From Lachnospiraceae bacterium (GTDB lineage: Bacteria > Bacillota > Clostridia > Lachnospirales > Lachnospiraceae), in NCBI GenBank assembly GCA_017544285.1, contig JAFYEL010000075.1:2616-66615 (forward strand): a stretch of 64,000 nucleotides of DNA. Reading direction: 5' to 3'. This document shows, piece after piece, positions 1-9,368 of this stretch (the stretch's first letter is position 1; each line of letters begins with the position of its first letter). Made by a program: the position numbers and the translations under genes. The notes under the pieces are model-generated. The model saw only the letters and a list, made by a program, of their open reading frames with translations. It did no database searches and was not told the origin of the DNA.

Positions 1-522
1 TATATGGGGCGCACCGACGTGGAGCTCTGCGACGACGGCAGACAAGCCATCAGAAAGATGTACGAAAATGCTCAGTGGGAAGATGATGTCCCGCTTTTTT
101 CAAGCCCCATGAAAAGATGCCTTGAGACCGCAAAGATAATCTTTCCCGACAGGACCCCGGTGATCTTCGACGGACTGAGGGAGATGGATTTCGGGATCTT
201 CGAGGGAAAGATGTACGAAGAACTTCAGAACATGAAGGAGTTCACGGATTTTGTCAGCACCAGCGGAAGGATAGCCCCTCCCGAGGGAGAAAGCCGCGAG
301 GACTTTACCGCAAGGGTTACGGATGCGGTGAAAAAATGCTGCGAAAGCGTAAGGGCAGCGGGCAGGGACTTCGGAGTGATAGTGATGCACGGAGGCACCA
401 TAATGGCGCTGATGAGCTATCTTGACGGAGGCGATTACTATAGCTACCTGCCGAAAAACGGCGGAGGTTTCCTGCTGACACTTGATAAGGAGTTCAGGCT
501 TCTGGATCATGAAAAAATATAG
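1..522 (+). CDS. Histidine phosphatase family protein (phosphoglycerate-mutase/CobC-like), 5'-truncated by window edge
   Basis: ORF 4..522 stays open in frame to base 1. It shows 'GRTDVELCDDGRQA', 'SSPMKRCLETAKII', 'REMDFGIFEG' and 'MHGGTI', typical of the histidine-phosphatase superfamily. The catalytic RHG motif would lie upstream of the window. Confidence 0.6.
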   Translation, partial: YMGRTDVELCDDGRQAIRKMYENAQWEDDVPLFSSPMKRCLETAKIIFPDRTPVIFDGLREMDFGIFEGKMYEELQNMKEFTDFVSTSGRIAPPEGESREDFTARVTDAVKKCCESVRAAGRDFGVIVMHGGTIMALMSYLDGGDYYSYLPKNGGGFLLTLDKEFRLLDHEKI

Positions 523-551
523 GAGGAATGGTGTATTTTCTGTGTCCGCTA

Positions 552-581
552 TTGACATGCATGTTTAATTTTATGTAAAAT
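552..581 (+). promoter_or_regulatory. Sigma-70-type promoter candidate for the exporter operon
   Basis: TTGACA (552..557), 18-nt spacer, TAAAAT (576..581), about 40 nt upstream of the ATG at 624. Confidence 0.45.
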
Positions 582-623
582 ACCACCCGTACTGTTTTAA
601 GACTGAAAGACTCGGAGACCACC

Positions 624-2396
624 ATGAAATTCATCAAAAAACACAAGATACTTCTTATCATTCTTATCCTCATCATTATCGGAGCGGTTGTTTTCGTTGC
701 AATGAAAAAGAAAAAAGAGTCGGAGATGGCGGCGGATACGGGGCCTTCCCTGGAGACAGAGACCGTGACCCGCCAGACCATAAGCAACTATGTTTCCATC
801 ACCGGAACCATAGCCGCCAACGATTCCCAGACCGTGTACGCCGGCATCAACGAGGTTGAGGTCAAGGACGTACTGGTTGAGGTGGGCGATGAGGTTACAG
901 AGGGCCAGGTACTTGCTATCCTGGACTCATCCGAGTTTGAAGACAAGCTGGCGTCCGCCCGCAATGATCTTTCCATCCAGCAGCAGAAAACCGCACTGAG
1001 CCTTGCAAAGGCCCAGACCTCTTACGCAGACACAGTGGAGGATGCCGCCTATGCCATGAGGGATGCCCAGGAAGCGGTTGACGAGGCCGTTATAGAGTAC
1101 AAAAACAACGAGACGGACAAGCACTACACCTGGGAAGACTGGCAGGATGCCATCGAAGATTATAACGACGCCGAGAAAGAGTACAACGAAGCCAAAAAGA
1201 AGCTGAAGAAACTCAGGAAAAACAAGGACAGCGTAACCTACGACGGAAAGACCTATTTCTACGATTCCGACGGTGAGACAGATTCCGACGGCAATGAGGT
1301 CAGCACTCTGGGACTTCACGATCTGAAAAAAGTGGTTGAGGATCTGGAGGACAAGATGGATTCCGCCCAGAAATCTGCCGAGAAGGCAAAGCACTCCTAC
1401 GAGAGCGCGGAGCAGGGACTTGACAAGGATCTGCGCAGCTACAGCGGCAAGCTGGAGGACAAGGACGACAAGCAGAGAGAAGAGGCCCGCAAGATAAGGG
1501 ATGCTCAGGCGGAGGTTTACAGCACCCAGCTGGATGCCCAGAATTCCACCTCACAGCTTGAAGACCAGATAAAGAACTACGAAAAGAATATTGAGAAGTG
1601 CTCCATCAAGGCGCCCATTTCCGGTGTTGTCACCGCGGTAAAGATCGAAAAGGGTGACGAGACCGGCAGCGAGAAGAACGTAATCTGCGTGATAAACGAC
1701 ACCAGCTCCTACAAGGTTGAGGGCTCGGTTGACGAGTACGATATTTCAAAGCTTTCCGAGGGCCTGAGTGCAGTGATCAGGACCGAGGCCACCGGAGATA
1801 CGGAAATGACGGGTAAGGTCACCTATGTGGCAAAGACACCCGAGACCGCCTCTTCATCCTCGGACGGAGAGAGTTCATCAAAGAGCAGCGGATATCCCAT
1901 TGAGGTACTCATCGACAAGATCGACGATGATGTGCGTATCGGTATGACCGCAAAGACGAACATACTCACAAAGACCGCAGAGGATGTGCTGACTGTTCCC
2001 TACGACTGCATAACCCAGAATCTTGACGGCGATTACGTGGTTTATGCCGTTGACGAGAGCAAGGTTACTGTTGCCGGGGAGGATCAGGGCAAGCCCGGAT
2101 TTTCCGAGGCTTCCGGTGATTCCGAAGGCGGATCCGGCATGCCCGGAGGCCCCGGCGGCAGACCCGGCGGTCCCGGAGGACCTCCGGGCTTCGGAGGCTC
2201 CTCGGACGATGAGGAAAACGACATAAGCATGGTCCGTGCAATGGGCAAGGAGATAGTTGTTGAAAAGATCCTGGAGGCTGATTATTACACCGCCATTTCC
2301 GGTGAAGGCCTCAGGGAGGGCATGGAGGTCTATAAGGTTTCTTCCTCCGACGAAGACGACGAAGACGACGACAGTGTTTCCATCGGGTTCTATTAA
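624..2396 (+). CDS. Efflux-transporter membrane-fusion/adaptor protein (HlyD/MacA family), unusually long
   Basis: N-terminal TM anchor ILLIILILIIIGAVVFVAM. Lipoyl-like halves 'VKDVLVEVGDEVTEGQVLAILD' and 'IKAPISGVVTAVKIEKGD' flank a ~230-aa charged coiled coil. The tail is Gly/Pro- and Asp/Glu-rich. The stop abuts the permease start. Confidence 0.8.
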   Translation: MKFIKKHKILLIILILIIIGAVVFVAMKKKKESEMAADTGPSLETETVTRQTISNYVSITGTIAANDSQTVYAGINEVEVKDVLVEVGDEVTEGQVLAILDSSEFEDKLASARNDLSIQQQKTALSLAKAQTSYADTVEDAAYAMRDAQEAVDEAVIEYKNNETDKHYTWEDWQDAIEDYNDAEKEYNEAKKKLKKLRKNKDSVTYDGKTYFYDSDGETDSDGNEVSTLGLHDLKKVVEDLEDKMDSAQKSAEKAKHSYESAEQGLDKDLRSYSGKLEDKDDKQREEARKIRDAQAEVYSTQLDAQNSTSQLEDQIKNYEKNIEKCSIKAPISGVVTAVKIEKGDETGSEKNVICVINDTSSYKVEGSVDEYDISKLSEGLSAVIRTEATGDTEMTGKVTYVAKTPETASSSSDGESSSKSSGYPIEVLIDKIDDDVRIGMTAKTNILTKTAEDVLTVPYDCITQNLDGDYVVYAVDESKVTVAGEDQGKPGFSEASGDSEGGSGMPGGPGGRPGGPGGPPGFGGSSDDEENDISMVRAMGKEIVVEKILEADYYTAISGEGLREGMEVYKVSSSDEDDEDDDSVSIGFY

Positions 2397-3689
2397 ATGT
2401 TACTTTTTGAAAACATAGCTCTGGCTCTGGCCGGAATAAAATCAAATAAGACCAGATCCGTCCTCACCATGCTGGGTATCATAATCGGTATCGCGGCGGT
2501 CATCGCCATAATGACCATAGGCGGTTCCATGTCCCAGGGGATCCAGGAAGAGATGTCCTCCTTCGGCGCAAACCAGATCATGATGTACGTGACCGAGAGA
2601 GAAGATGAGGATGATTTCGGCGGTCCCGGCCCCGGTATGCGCTTCGAGGATTCCGGCAGGGAGATGAAGGACGATGATCTGATAACCGGCGAGATGATCC
2701 AGGGGATCCGTGACAATTTCGGAGACCGGATCGAGGGTATCGGTCTCAAGGAAGAGATAGGAGAGGCCAAGGCAAAGTCCGGCAGCCTTTACGCCAATGT
2801 GAGAGTCGTGGGCTTAAACGCCGATATCCTGAAGATGGAAGAGATCGAGCCGGTGGCGGGCCGTGCCTTCACGAAGGAGGATTACCGCGAGGGCCGCAAA
2901 GTTGCCATGGTGACGGATTACTTTGTGGACAACATGTTTTCCGGCGACAAGGATGCCGCCCTGGGAAAGCAGATCTCAGTACTGGTTCAGGACAGGTATT
3001 ACAGCTACACCGTGGTTGGAGTTTACGAGTACGACGATTCGGATTTCGGCTATTCCACCGGAAAAAAATCCGATATCCGCACGGATCTTTATATTCCCAT
3101 TAAGACCGCAAGGGAACAGAATCACAACAACAAGGGGTTTGCCAATATCACGGTTGTCGGTGATCCCGCAGGAGATATCTCCACTCTGTCGGATGAACTC
3201 TCGGATTTCATGGAAGACAACTATTACTCCAGAAACCAGTATTTCACGGTTGATACCTGGACCATGTCTTCAATGGTTGATGAGCTGACAAAGAGCATGG
3301 CCACCGTTTCCCTGGCAGTATCCCTGATTGCGGGCATATCACTTCTGGTAGGCGGTATCGGCGTTATGAACATCATGCTGGTGTCCATCACCGAGCGTAC
3401 CAAAGAGATCGGAACCAGAAAGGCTCTGGGCGCCACCAACGGATCCATCAGGACTCAGTTCATCGTGGAATCCATCGTGCTCTGTCTGGTGGGAGGCATC
3501 ATAGGAATGATACTGGGGTGCGCAGCCGGACTGGCAGGTTCCCAGGCTATGGGCTACACGGGCCATATCCAGCCCCTGTCCCTGGCGGTATCCTTCGGCT
3601 TCTCATCGGTGATAGGTATCTTCTTCGGATATTACCCCGCAAACAAGGCAGCAAAGATGAACCCCATAGACGCCCTTCGATATGAGTAA
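2397..3689 (+). CDS. ABC transporter permease, MacB/FtsX type
   Basis: N-terminal TM 'SVLTMLGIIIGIAAVIAIMTIGG', a large extracytoplasmic domain, and a C-terminal FtsX region with 'GGIGVMNIMLVSITERTKEIGTRKALGA' and 'YYPANKAAKMNPIDALRYE'. Confidence 0.9.
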   Translation: MLLFENIALALAGIKSNKTRSVLTMLGIIIGIAAVIAIMTIGGSMSQGIQEEMSSFGANQIMMYVTEREDEDDFGGPGPGMRFEDSGREMKDDDLITGEMIQGIRDNFGDRIEGIGLKEEIGEAKAKSGSLYANVRVVGLNADILKMEEIEPVAGRAFTKEDYREGRKVAMVTDYFVDNMFSGDKDAALGKQISVLVQDRYYSYTVVGVYEYDDSDFGYSTGKKSDIRTDLYIPIKTAREQNHNNKGFANITVVGDPAGDISTLSDELSDFMEDNYYSRNQYFTVDTWTMSSMVDELTKSMATVSLAVSLIAGISLLVGGIGVMNIMLVSITERTKEIGTRKALGATNGSIRTQFIVESIVLCLVGGIIGMILGCAAGLAGSQAMGYTGHIQPLSLAVSFGFSSVIGIFFGYYPANKAAKMNPIDALRYE

Positions 3690-4458
3690 AAGAGAGATTA
3701 TCCATCTTGAAAACATAATAAAGAGATTCTACGTGGGACAGCCCAACGAGCTTGAGATCCTCCACGGCATAAACTTAAGTGTTTACGACGGCGAGTTCAC
3801 CTCCGTGGTGGGCGCCTCCGGTTCCGGAAAGTCCACCCTGATGAACATCATCGGCGCTCTCGACAAGCCCACGGAAGGACAGTACACCCTGGACGACGTG
3901 GATGTTATCGCCGCAAAGGATGAGGAGCTGTCCACCATCCGTAACCGGAAGATCGGCTTCGTGTTCCAGACCTACAACCTTATCTCCAGGACCACGGCCA
4001 TCAAAAACGTGGAGATGCCCATGCTCTACAAGGGAATGGGCAGAAGGGAGAGGAAGGAAAGGGCAGAGTACCTGCTGGAGATGGTGGGCATGAAGGAACG
4101 TATGACCCACACCCCCGACGAGCTTTCCGGCGGACAGAAGCAGAGAGTGGCCATCGCCAGGGCCATGGCCTGTGACCCCGCCATCATACTTGCGGACGAG
4201 CCCACCGGTGCTCTGGATTCAAAGACGGGCCGCACGGTAATGGACATCTTCCACAGACTCAACGAGGAGAGTAAAAAGACCATAGTCCTCATAACCCACG
4301 CCCCGGATCTGGCTGAGGAAACGGGCAGGATCATCACCCTCTCCGACGGAAACATCGTGAACGTGAGAGTCAAGTATGACGCAGATCAATATGAGGAGTC
4401 TGAGCCGGAGAATACCGGAGAAACCACCGGGGAGAACTCCGGAACAGAGGAGGAATAA
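3682..4458 (+). CDS. ABC transporter ATP-binding protein (MacB/LolD-like)
   Basis: Walker A GASGSGKST, signature LSGGQKQRVAIARA, Walker B ILADEPTGALD. The start overlaps the permease stop by 8 nt. Confidence 0.95.
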   Translation: MSKREIIHLENIIKRFYVGQPNELEILHGINLSVYDGEFTSVVGASGSGKSTLMNIIGALDKPTEGQYTLDDVDVIAAKDEELSTIRNRKIGFVFQTYNLISRTTAIKNVEMPMLYKGMGRRERKERAEYLLEMVGMKERMTHTPDELSGGQKQRVAIARAMACDPAIILADEPTGALDSKTGRTVMDIFHRLNEESKKTIVLITHAPDLAEETGRIITLSDGNIVNVRVKYDADQYEESEPENTGETTGENSGTEEE

Positions 4459-4465
4459 TAAGTCC

Positions 4466-4495
4466 TTGCACAATCATGGACAAATATGATATAGT
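4466..4495 (+). promoter_or_regulatory. Promoter candidate for the SCIFF precursor
   Basis: TTGCAC (4466..4471), 18-nt spacer, TATAGT (4490..4495) preceded by TGa (extended -10 style). GGAAGGAG Shine-Dalgarno lies before the ATG at 4534. Confidence 0.45.
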
Positions 4496-4533
4496 TTAGT
4501 TTGTTTTGGATGATCAAAACGGAAGGAGCAAAT

Positions 4534-4686
4534 ATGAAGCATATCAGGACATTAAACACAAGAGACTACAGAAAGAGCGTAAAGCAGGGCGGTTGCGGCG
4601 AGTGCCAGACTTCATGCCAGTCAGCATGCAAGACCTCGTGCACAGTCGGAAACCAGAGCTGTGAGACTCTCACTTCAAAAAGATAA
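4534..4686 (+). CDS. scfA: Six-cysteine ranthipeptide precursor SCIFF
   Basis: 50-aa peptide MKHIRTLNTRDYRKSVKQGGCGECQTSCQSACKTSCTVGNQSCETLTSKR. It has the conserved leader and six Cys in the C-terminal core, a strong SD, and is followed directly by its maturase. The track ORF start at 4501 (TTG) is an upstream extension. Confidence 0.9.
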   Translation: MKHIRTLNTRDYRKSVKQGGCGECQTSCQSACKTSCTVGNQSCETLTSKR

Positions 4687-4700
4687 TAACCGCTGAAAAC

Positions 4701-4735
4701 GAGCGGGAGAGGCCGTAGGGTCTTTCTCGCTCTTT
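4701..4735 (+). terminator. Intercistronic hairpin/attenuator between scfA and scfB
   Basis: 4701..4714 pairs with 4719..4732 (14 bp including 3 G-U pairs, 4-nt loop), followed by TTT. This is the classic precursor>>maturase expression-ratio device of RiPP operons. Confidence 0.5.
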
Positions 4736-4759
4736 GTGGTGTTTAAGAGGTATATCCCC

Positions 4760-6169
4760 GTGGTACACAGATACAAAAACGGCGGATACAATATCGTTCT
4801 GGATGTGGAAAGCGGAGCCGTCCATGTGGCGGACGACCTTGCCTACGAGCTTATCCCCCTTATGGAGGGATATATTAAGAAGGACAGCAAACCCGAGGAA
4901 AGACTTCCCGATGAAGTTTTGGAAACTATCCTTGCCGATCCTTCGGTAAGAGAGCTTGCGGACCGTTTTTCACCCGATGCGGTCAGGGAATCCCTGGAGG
5001 AGCTAAAATCTCTGGTGGACAGTGACGCACTGTTTTCGGAGGATACCTACAGAGCTTATGTGGGGTCCCTTGCTAACAGGCCCACGGTGGTAAAGGCACT
5101 GTGCCTTCACGTGGCCCATGACTGCAACTTAAGCTGCAAATACTGTTTTGCCTCCGAGGGAGAGTACAAAGGCAAGAGAGAACTCATGTCCCTTGAGGTA
5201 GGTAAGAAGGCCCTGGATTTCCTTATCGAAAATTCGGGGAGCCGGCGCAATCTGGAGGTTGACTTCTTCGGCGGCGAGCCGCTGATGAACTGGCAGGTTG
5301 TAAAGGAACTGGTGGAGTACGGCAGGCGCCGTGAAAAGGAAGCGGACAAGAATTTCCGTTTCACCCTCACCACCAACGGCGTGCTTTTAAACGACGAGAT
5401 ACTGGAGTTCGCGAACAGGGAAATGTCCAATATCGTCTGCAGCATAGACGGGAGAAAGGAAGTCCATGACGCCATGCGTCCCTTCAGGGGAGGGCAGGGC
5501 AGCTACGACAGAGTACTTCCCGGCTTTAAAAAGGTTGCGGCCTCGCGAAACCAGAACAACTATTACGTCCGCGGTACCTACACACATTTTAATACGGATT
5601 TTTCCCGCGATGTCATACACCTCATGGACGAGGGCTTTGAGCAGATATCGGTTGAGCCGGTGGTGGCACCTCCCGAAATGGATTACGCCATAAAGGAAGA
5701 GGACGTCCCCGGACTGCTCGAGCAGTATGATCTTCTCGCGGATGAGATCATAAAGCGGCGAAAAGAAGGGCACTTCGTCAATTTCTTTCATTTCATGATC
5801 GATCTTGAACAGGGTCCCTGTGTAGCCAAAAGACTGTCGGGCTGCGGCTCGGGCTGCGAATATCTTGCGGTGACCCCCACCGGGGATCTCTATCCCTGCC
5901 ACCAGTTTGTGGGCAATACGGATTTCCTCATGGGAAACGTGTTTGAGGGCATAAAGCGCACGGATTTAAGGGACAGCTTCAAGGCCTGCAACGTCTACAC
6001 GAAAGAGAGCTGCGATACCTGCTTCGCGAAGTTTTACTGCTCCGGAGGCTGTGCCGCAAACTCATACAATTTTTCCGGCGACATCAACGGCACCTACGAC
6101 ATAGGCTGCCAGCTTCAACGCAAGCGTGTTGAATGCGCCATCAGAATAAAAGCACAAACATCAGAGTAA
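4760..6169 (+). CDS. scfB: SCIFF radical SAM maturase (thioether cross-link forming, SPASM domain)
   Basis: CNLSCKYC radical-SAM cluster motif, 'GGEPL', and a C-terminal Cys-rich SPASM region (CGSGCEYL...CHQF...CDTCFAKFYCSGGCAA). The N-terminus VHRYKNGGYNIVLDVESGAVHV is typical of the family. I prefer the GTG at 4760 behind AAGAGG over the track start at 4736, which lies at the foot of the hairpin. Confidence 0.9.
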   Translation: MVHRYKNGGYNIVLDVESGAVHVADDLAYELIPLMEGYIKKDSKPEERLPDEVLETILADPSVRELADRFSPDAVRESLEELKSLVDSDALFSEDTYRAYVGSLANRPTVVKALCLHVAHDCNLSCKYCFASEGEYKGKRELMSLEVGKKALDFLIENSGSRRNLEVDFFGGEPLMNWQVVKELVEYGRRREKEADKNFRFTLTTNGVLLNDEILEFANREMSNIVCSIDGRKEVHDAMRPFRGGQGSYDRVLPGFKKVAASRNQNNYYVRGTYTHFNTDFSRDVIHLMDEGFEQISVEPVVAPPEMDYAIKEEDVPGLLEQYDLLADEIIKRRKEGHFVNFFHFMIDLEQGPCVAKRLSGCGSGCEYLAVTPTGDLYPCHQFVGNTDFLMGNVFEGIKRTDLRDSFKACNVYTKESCDTCFAKFYCSGGCAANSYNFSGDINGTYDIGCQLQRKRVECAIRIKAQTSE

Positions 6170-6182
6170 AAGGAGTTTCATT

Positions 6183-8441
6183 ATGAAGAAGTTTAAAGCT
6201 GTTGCCGTCCTTCTCATTGCGGCACTCATCATCGGAGGCCTGGGTTATGTGACGGCCTTCGGAGTCGGAGAAAACAAGACCGGCTCGGCTCAGGGCATCA
6301 AGAGAGGCCTTGATCTGGCGGGCGGTGTTTCCATCACCTATCAGGTGGTCGGAGACGGAAAGCCTTCCAAGGAAGACATGAGCGATACAATATACAAGCT
6401 TCAGCAGCGTGTTGAGAACTACAGCACCGAGGCTCAGGTATATCAGGAGGGTGAGGATCGTATCAACATCGAGATCCCCGGCGTAAGCGACGCCAACGCC
6501 ATCCTCGAGGAGCTGGGAAATCCCGGAACCCTCTACTTCATAGCACAGACCGGAGCTGACGGCTCCGAGAACTACACCTACGGCGTGGATGCCGACGGCA
6601 ACATGGGATATGTGATCGCCGAAGGCAAGACCCTTGACTCCCTCAAGGCTGACGGCTCCGTAGTGGTTGACGGTACACAGGTTGCAGGCGCTCAGGCAGT
6701 TACCCAGAGCAGCGGCAGCGGCGTACGCGAAAAGGAATTCGTAGTTTCGCTTACCTTCACCAGCGATGGCGCAAAGGCTTTCGCAGACGCAACACAGAAG
6801 GCATACACCAACGGACAGTCCATCGGTATCTACTATGACGGCAAGTTCGTTTCCGTTCCTACCGTACAGGCAGTCATCACCGACGGCTCCGCAGTCATCA
6901 CCGGAATGGAGAGCTTCGATGCGGCATCAAAGCTTGCTTCCACCATCCGTATCGGTGGACTTAACGTAGAGCTTGAGGAGCTGCGTTCAAATGTTGTAGG
7001 CGCACAGCTCGGTTCAACAGCGATCCAGACCTCGCTTAAGGCTGCACTGGTTGGATTCATCATCATCGCAGTATTCATGATCGCGGTTTACTGGCTTCCC
7101 GGTTTCGCATCGGTGCTGGCACTGATCATCTACGTCATCCTCGATCTGCTCCTGCTCCTGGGCTTCAACGTAACCCTTACTCTGCCCGGTATCGCAGGTA
7201 TCATCCTTTCCGTCGGTATGGCGGTGGATGCAAACGTTATCATCTTCGCACGTATCCGTGAGGAGATTGCCGCAGGCAAGACAGTCAGGGCCTCCATCAA
7301 GGCCGGATATGAAAAGGCACTTTCAGCCATCATCGACGGTAATGTTACCACCATCCTGGCAGCCATCGTGCTCCTTGTAAAGGGTTCAGGTACCGTCAAG
7401 GGCTTCGCACAGACACTGCTCATCGGTATCATCGTGTCGGTCATCACCGCACTCTTTGTTACCAGATTCCTTATGGACGCCTTCTACGAGCTGGGACTTC
7501 GTTCCGAGAAGCTCTACGGTAAGGCAAAGGCTCTTAAGCCCATCAAGTCCATCGAGAACAAGCACATCTTCTTTGCGGTATCCATTATCTGCATCGTAGC
7601 CGGCTTCGTTTTCATGGGCATGAACAGCTCAAAGACCGGACAGCCTCTGAACTACTCACTTGAGTTCATGGGCGGTACTTCAACAAACGTTACCTTCAAC
7701 GAGGATATGTCCATCGAGAAGCTTGAGAGCGACGTGATCCCTCACATCGAAGAGATCACCGGCGACGGAAATGTACAGCAGTCCAAGGTTGCGGATTCCA
7801 ACGAGGTTATCTTCAAGACCAGAACCCTTACGGTTCCCGAGAGAGAGGCCTTCAACAAGATGCTCAGCGACCAGTTCCAGGTTTCCGAGAATCAGATACA
7901 GACAGAGACCATCAGCTCCACCATCTCAAAGGAGATGAAGTCCGATTCCATCATCGCGGTGATCATAGCCGTTATCCTGATGCTCATCTACATCCGCATC
8001 AGATTCACGGATCTCCGCTTCGGCGTCTCCTCAGTGCTCTGCCTGTGCCATGACGTGCTTGTGGTACTTGCCTTCTACGCGGCAGCAAAGATCTCCGTGG
8101 GCAACACCTTCATAGCATGTATGCTGACCATAGTAGGTTATTCGATCAACGCCACCATCGTGGTATTCGATCGTATAAGAGAGAACATGCGCGGAACCCG
8201 CGGCGAGCTCTCCGAGATAGTAAACAAGTCCGTAACACAGACACTCACCAGATCGATCTTTACTTCACTGACTACCTTCATCATGGTGGCTGCCATCTAT
8301 GTTTACGGCGTTACTTCGGTGCGTGAGTTTGCTCTGCCCCTTATGGTAGGTATCATCTGCGGTGCTTATTCATCCGTATGTGTGGCAGGTTCACTGTGGT
8401 ATGTATTTAAGACAAAGATAGCTACAAAAAAGAGAAAGTGA
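6183..8441 (+). CDS. secDF: Protein translocase subunit SecDF (fused)
   Basis: 752 aa. N-terminal TM plus a large periplasmic-type domain, then two 6-TM SecD/SecF blocks ('GIAGIILSVGMAVDANVIIFARIREE' and 'TIVGYSINATIVVFDRIREN'). Confidence 0.92.
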   Translation: MKKFKAVAVLLIAALIIGGLGYVTAFGVGENKTGSAQGIKRGLDLAGGVSITYQVVGDGKPSKEDMSDTIYKLQQRVENYSTEAQVYQEGEDRINIEIPGVSDANAILEELGNPGTLYFIAQTGADGSENYTYGVDADGNMGYVIAEGKTLDSLKADGSVVVDGTQVAGAQAVTQSSGSGVREKEFVVSLTFTSDGAKAFADATQKAYTNGQSIGIYYDGKFVSVPTVQAVITDGSAVITGMESFDAASKLASTIRIGGLNVELEELRSNVVGAQLGSTAIQTSLKAALVGFIIIAVFMIAVYWLPGFASVLALIIYVILDLLLLLGFNVTLTLPGIAGIILSVGMAVDANVIIFARIREEIAAGKTVRASIKAGYEKALSAIIDGNVTTILAAIVLLVKGSGTVKGFAQTLLIGIIVSVITALFVTRFLMDAFYELGLRSEKLYGKAKALKPIKSIENKHIFFAVSIICIVAGFVFMGMNSSKTGQPLNYSLEFMGGTSTNVTFNEDMSIEKLESDVIPHIEEITGDGNVQQSKVADSNEVIFKTRTLTVPEREAFNKMLSDQFQVSENQIQTETISSTISKEMKSDSIIAVIIAVILMLIYIRIRFTDLRFGVSSVLCLCHDVLVVLAFYAAAKISVGNTFIACMLTIVGYSINATIVVFDRIRENMRGTRGELSEIVNKSVTQTLTRSIFTSLTTFIMVAAIYVYGVTSVREFALPLMVGIICGAYSSVCVAGSLWYVFKTKIATKKRK

Positions 8442-8459
8442 TAAATAAGGGGGGTACCT

Positions 8460-9356
8460 TTGTTTGACAGGATTTTCGGTGAATATCTTTGCACTAATGG
8501 ACATCTGACGAGAGAGAAGCTCGATCGGATATTTGAAAATGAGAACCGGGACTTTAACAGACTGGGCGTCATCGCCGTGTCAGAAAAGCTCATGACCGTG
8601 GAGCAGACCGAAGAGGTTAACCACAAGCAGACAGGTTCCGACAGAAGGTTCGGTGACATAGCCATTGAGATGGGCTATCTCACCCAGACCCAGCTGGATT
8701 CACTGCTCAAGCTCCAGGGAAACAGCTTCTTCCACTTCCTTCAGGCCGCCATCGATCTGGGATATTTCAACCTGGAGCAGCTGGATGAGCTCACGGGACA
8801 GTTCCAGGAGGACAGCGGGCTTTCGCACTCCGAGATGGATGCATTGGTCAGCGGTGATGTGATGCGGGTGGTAAATGTTTACCTGCCTCATCAGGACCGT
8901 CTCTACGGGCGCCTGTGCGGAATAGCCGTCAGGACCTTCCTGCGTCTCATTGATTCAAGGGCTTACATTGAGAGAGCCTTCCTTACGGGCAACTTTGACA
9001 CCGAGAGATTTGCCTGCCAGCGTTCCTACGGAACACACAGCATACTTTCGGGCTTTGCCGGCAACGGAGATTCACTCATGTCCATGGCCGAGTCCTTTGC
9101 AGCCGACAAATTCGAGGCTGTGGATCTGGATGCACTGGATTCCGTGGCCGAGTTCATCAACTGTATAGACGGTCTTTTCTCTACCGAGATCTACTCAGAG
9201 GGCGTAGACGTGGACATGACACCGCCCATGCTCTACGACAGGCCGGTGACACTTACAGGCCCTCAGTTCTGCGTGGTACCCATTGTAACTCAGGGAAACA
9301 GGATATTCTTTGTCATGTCGCTTGATTCGGCGATCATGGTAAAAGAGAAGGGCTGA
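8460..9356 (+). CDS. Fusion protein: N-terminal MshEN/T2SSE_N-like repeat domain + C-terminal CheX/CheC-like CheY-P phosphatase domain
   Basis: TTG start behind AAGGGGGG. Residues 5-115 are four 24-residue MshEN-type units with 5-residue spacers. The C-terminal half carries D227-x3-E231-x2-N234-x20-P255, close to the CheC/CheX/FliY signature. Confidence 0.6.
   Translation: MFDRIFGEYLCTNGHLTREKLDRIFENENRDFNRLGVIAVSEKLMTVEQTEEVNHKQTGSDRRFGDIAIEMGYLTQTQLDSLLKLQGNSFFHFLQAAIDLGYFNLEQLDELTGQFQEDSGLSHSEMDALVSGDVMRVVNVYLPHQDRLYGRLCGIAVRTFLRLIDSRAYIERAFLTGNFDTERFACQRSYGTHSILSGFAGNGDSLMSMAESFAADKFEAVDLDALDSVAEFINCIDGLFSTEIYSEGVDVDMTPPMLYDRPVTLTGPQFCVVPIVTQGNRIFFVMSLDSAIMVKEKG
8472..8804 (+). other. 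Four tandem 29-residue-period MshEN-like motif units (coding)
   Basis: Units and spacers: IFGEYLCTNGHLTREKLDRIFENE|NRDFN|RLGVIAVSEKLMTVEQTEEVNHKQ|TGSDR|RFGDIAIEMGYLTQTQLDSLLKLQ|GNSFF|HFLQAAIDLGYFNLEQLDELTGQF. Confidence 0.6.
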
Positions 9357-9368
9357 GCAGGTGATGGT

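Noticed and set aside
4459-4533. SCIFF as cargo of the upstream MacAB-type exporter (single operon)
   Set aside because: A separate promoter-like element and SD precede scfA. SCIFF loci are generally not transporter-linked, so the adjacency may be coincidental. I kept it only as a low-interest positional note.
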